64,000 nt of DNA from Eledone cirrhosa. Taxonomy: Eukaryota. Positions 60,672 to 64,000 of the stretch are shown piece by piece; the stretch's first letter is position 1; every line of letters begins with the position of its first letter. Where the stretch lies: the NCBI GenBank assembly GCA_964016885.1, contig OZ024741.1:66216001-66280000 (forward strand). The letters are read 5' to 3'. The notes below the pieces were generated by a model. It saw nothing but the letters and a program-made list of their open reading frames with translations, was not told where the DNA came from and did no database searches. The position numbers and the translations under genes were made by a program.

Positions 60672-62095
60672 AATTATTGTGTACAGTGCTCAGGTGCATG
60701 TACATAGGATATTGTACAAATATCAGGAAAATGAACAGTGTATGAGTCATGATATGCGTGTGTATGGAGGAGGGATATCAGGTGTAGTGTTGGCGAATTT
60801 CAATGAGCAAGGAGGTTTTAAAGGATGCAGTGTGTCCGCAACTAACAACCGATACAAGTAGTTTGTTCCATGCTTCGGCAACTCAGAGCGTGAAAAAATG
60901 CATTCCTACATGTGTTAGACACATGGAATTCAAAAAGGTGCTCAGGGTTGTTGTTGGCAAGATGTTTAATAATTTTGTGGGGGTTTACCAAGTCAGTTGC
61001 CAGGCGTTCAGCGTATGGTAGATGCCTGATGGAGAGTATTCGCTTGGTTGCACGTCTCTGAAAGGTTTCCAGGAGGTCAATGTTCTGAGCAAGATAGGGG
61101 TTCCAGACTAGTGATGCAAATTCTAAGCGTGGCCGCACCATAGATATATACAGCTTTAAATAGATAGCTGGAGAGCGGCTGACAAAGGTCTTGCTGAGTA
61201 ATGCCAAGACACCCTCGGCCTTCTTGACAATTTTAGAGATGTACTTTGTCCGACACAAATCGCTGCTGACCGTAATGCCCAGGTCACGTTCACAAGAAGA
61301 CTTCTTGATGTGTTGCGGAGGAAGTATGAGGACGCTGGGTTTTTCCTCCCAAAATGCATGGTGGTACATTTGTCCACAGCCAGCATGAGTTGCCAGTCTG
61401 TGATCCATTGCTGCATTGAGTCCAGGTCTGATTGCAGAAAAGACCTATATAGTTCAGGATCTGTCCTTTTTATCTCAAGATACAGCTTAATATCATCTGC
61501 ATATTTCAGTACTGTTGCATTCTTTAAGTTGGCATCTATGTCATTAATATATGCAACAAACAAAAGGGGACCAAGAACAGATCCCTGTGGTATACCAGAA
61601 GACATCACATACGGTGAAGAATGCTGTCCTAGAACCGTAACTACTTCTCTTCGATTGAGAATGAAGGACTTCAACCAATTAAAAAGATCATCCCTCACAC
61701 CCAATGCAGAGAGTTTTGCCATAAGTCCTTTATGTGGCACAGAATTAAAAGCTTTAGCCAAGTCAAGGTAAAGAACATCCACCCATGAACCGCCATCAGT
61801 GATCTGGGTGATGTCTTCAAGAAACTCGATAAGTTGATCACAGAAGCTGGATTTAGGGATAAAATCAAATTGCGAGGGCCGGATAAGACTGTGAGAATTC
61901 CAGAAGTTCCAGAGTGTTTCTCAGACACACGATTCCATCAGTTTGGCATTGCAGCTTGTAAGACCGACTGGACGATAGTTGACAGGCGACGTGCGGTTAC
62001 CCTTTTTGAACAGGGGAATGACACTGGCAGTTTTGCACTGCCAAAGTGGACCCCGACCGAGCAAACAAATATATCAAAGACGTTCCAGCCATGAC
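60670..62095 (-). mobile_element. 5'-truncated CR1-clade LINE (RT to 3' end)
   Basis: DVLYLDLAKAFNSVPH, SGIPQGSVLGPLLF, KYADDIKLY, ERDLGI, VRPRLEFAS.VWNP; (ATT)n tail; same 3' end at ~13390 and ~18020. Confidence 0.93.
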
Positions 62096-62884
62096 CATCC
62101 TGCTTTATTGTATATCTGTGTATTCGTTTTGTTAGGTGTATTTTTCTTTTTATGTGATTGAGAGAGATTTAACTGCTTAGAAGCTGCTCTCGGTGATTCG
62201 ACTTGTACAAGGACAACTTTAACTTCATACATATAACAGATGGATATCTTTTTTAAAAGCAAGAAACGTTATCCGTTATTTCCTCTATCCTTGTTATTTT
62301 AATGTTGATGTCTTTTTTTTACCATGCATTTTTATTAAAGTATAACAAATATATGATTAAATAGAAATACATACATATAATCAATTAATTATTGTTAGGA
62401 ACCTTATGAATATAATACACAAAAGTATACAATCTAATCGAAAAAAACATCAATTCAACATTAAGTGCGTCAATCTGTTATACACCACAACGATAATCAG
62501 AAAGCGATAGAAAACTTTTGAAAAAGTAATTTTGTTTGTTTTTGCGTAGTTTAGGTTCAAACCATACCTTGTCAAGCAGACATGTAATTATAGGCGTTCC
62601 AACCGTGAGAACAACGCCTATTATCCGATGGTGCGAATTTAGGGCTATTTAGCTACGTAACATTTATTGAAAAACAATTTATATTTAAAGAAAAAAGGAA
62701 AAATGGAAAGTTGGTTCAAATCCCGCCCTAATTTACTTTGCCTTTCTTCCTTCCAGGGTCCATAAAAATAAAGTACCAGTTAAATACTAGGGTTGGTTTA
62801 ATCAACTTTGCCCCCTCTCTCCTCCAATTTACTGGCCTTGTACGTAAATGTTGATAGGCAGCACTGAATTAACCATTAAGCAAA

Positions 62885-62964
62885 ATACGCACGTGCTTTT
62901 GGCCTTAAGAGAAGCTCTGTACTATAGAGCTTCTCTTTACTTAAGGCCAAAAGCACGTGCGTAT
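62885..62964. repeat. 80-nt near-perfect hairpin
   Basis: atacgcacgtgcttttggccttaag / cttaaggccaaaagcacgtgcgtat plus inner agaagctct / agagcttct. Confidence 0.9.
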
Positions 62965-63045
62965 AGAGTATTTTTCTAGTAGGGTATATGGAAGATTTTT
63001 AGATATTTACTTATTGTTTAAACCATACACAGTATATGGGAATGC

Positions 63046-63217
63046 AGACCTGCCAACCTCTAAAAACCGAAACGGGGAGTACCAGGGAAAAAAGTGCTCC
63101 AAATGGAGGAGATTTTACATTATGAAAACTATACCCATTTTCACAAAAAAAAAAAACGGGGAGAAATGAGCCAAAAGGGAGAGATCTCCCTGTCGGGCGG
63201 TGTGAGTTGACAGGCCT
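63046..63217. mobile_element. hAT-type MITE
   Basis: TIR agacctgccaac / gttgacaggcct; 8-bp direct repeat gggaatgc at 63038-63045 and 63218-63225. Confidence 0.7.
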
Positions 63218-64000
63218 GGGAATGCCATAACTTTTTCAGTGCTTAGGGTCTTTCAAGGTCTTAATCCAGTCCTGATTATAGAAATATAAATCGCGACCAC
63301 TACTTAACTGGTACTTTATTATATGAATTTGTAGTCGAAGACGTTCAAGCCATGGTCATCATGCTTTTTATACAGAATAAGTACACTACATTATGTTAAT
63401 GTGCGTTTTTAACGTATATCTAATGAAAGACACTGCTTATGATTTCCAAAACATTGTGTCAAATAATTTTATTCACAGTTGCATAAATAACATTACAAAT
63501 GACTTTAAAACTAAGTATTTGAAGAAATTTAACAATGTGACTAACTTTCTCATGGAACATAACACAACAACGGCGATTTTGTGCCAAGAGGGTTATGTCT
63601 GCGGTGTGGTTTGGGGAAAATCTGGTTGCTATTTCTACTTGTTTAAATGACCGCGTACAGGTCCTTTGATTGGTTCGTTGTAATTTAATTTCTGAAATAT
63701 GTACAGTTGTGTTTATATTTTTTCTCGTATAATCAGCTGTCTGCATGCACATACGTATACATAATACTGGACTTCTGTATGTAACATACTGTAGTCCAAC
63801 GAAGCGATCTCGACATGCGAGAAATAGTAACAAAATCTCCCTGGAATCAGATCCTATTGTTTTAAAGCTAGAAAGAAATAATTGTTTCTACTTTAGGCAC
63901 AAGGCCAGCAATAACCCAGTGCATTACTGGTACTTTATTTTATCGACCCCCGTAAGGATGAAAGGCAAAGTCAACCTCGGCGGGATTTGAACTCAGATCG

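Overview
AT-rich, microsatellite-laden eukaryotic DNA. The repeat landscape (tRNA-derived SINEs, RTE LINEs with (GAT)n tails, dense (TA)n) resembles an octopus/coleoid cephalopod genome; this is an inference. No host protein-coding gene is securely recognisable, only two weak minus-strand micro-exon candidates. The window is almost all mobile DNA: a nested Helitron-like/maT(DD37D)/RTE stack (4.5-9.7 kb), RTE LINEs with a C4HC3 PHD-like finger inside the RT, two back-to-back Penelope-like GIY-YIG fragments, several hammerhead-ribozyme-bearing Penelope termini and fold-backs, a CRE-clade fragment, an internally inverted Gypsy remnant, two head-to-tail Tx1-like LINEs in (AAT)n that both lack the RT core, a CR1, and many SINEs and MITEs. 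The most unusual items are an unexplained multi-hairpin island at 50.1-50.35 kb, the (ATT)n-associated RT-less Tx1 pair, the PHD-in-RT insertion, hammerhead variants, and several long or pre-miRNA-sized palindromes. Everything was read by eye; no searches or folding were run, and element ends are approximate unless TIRs or TSDs are quoted.
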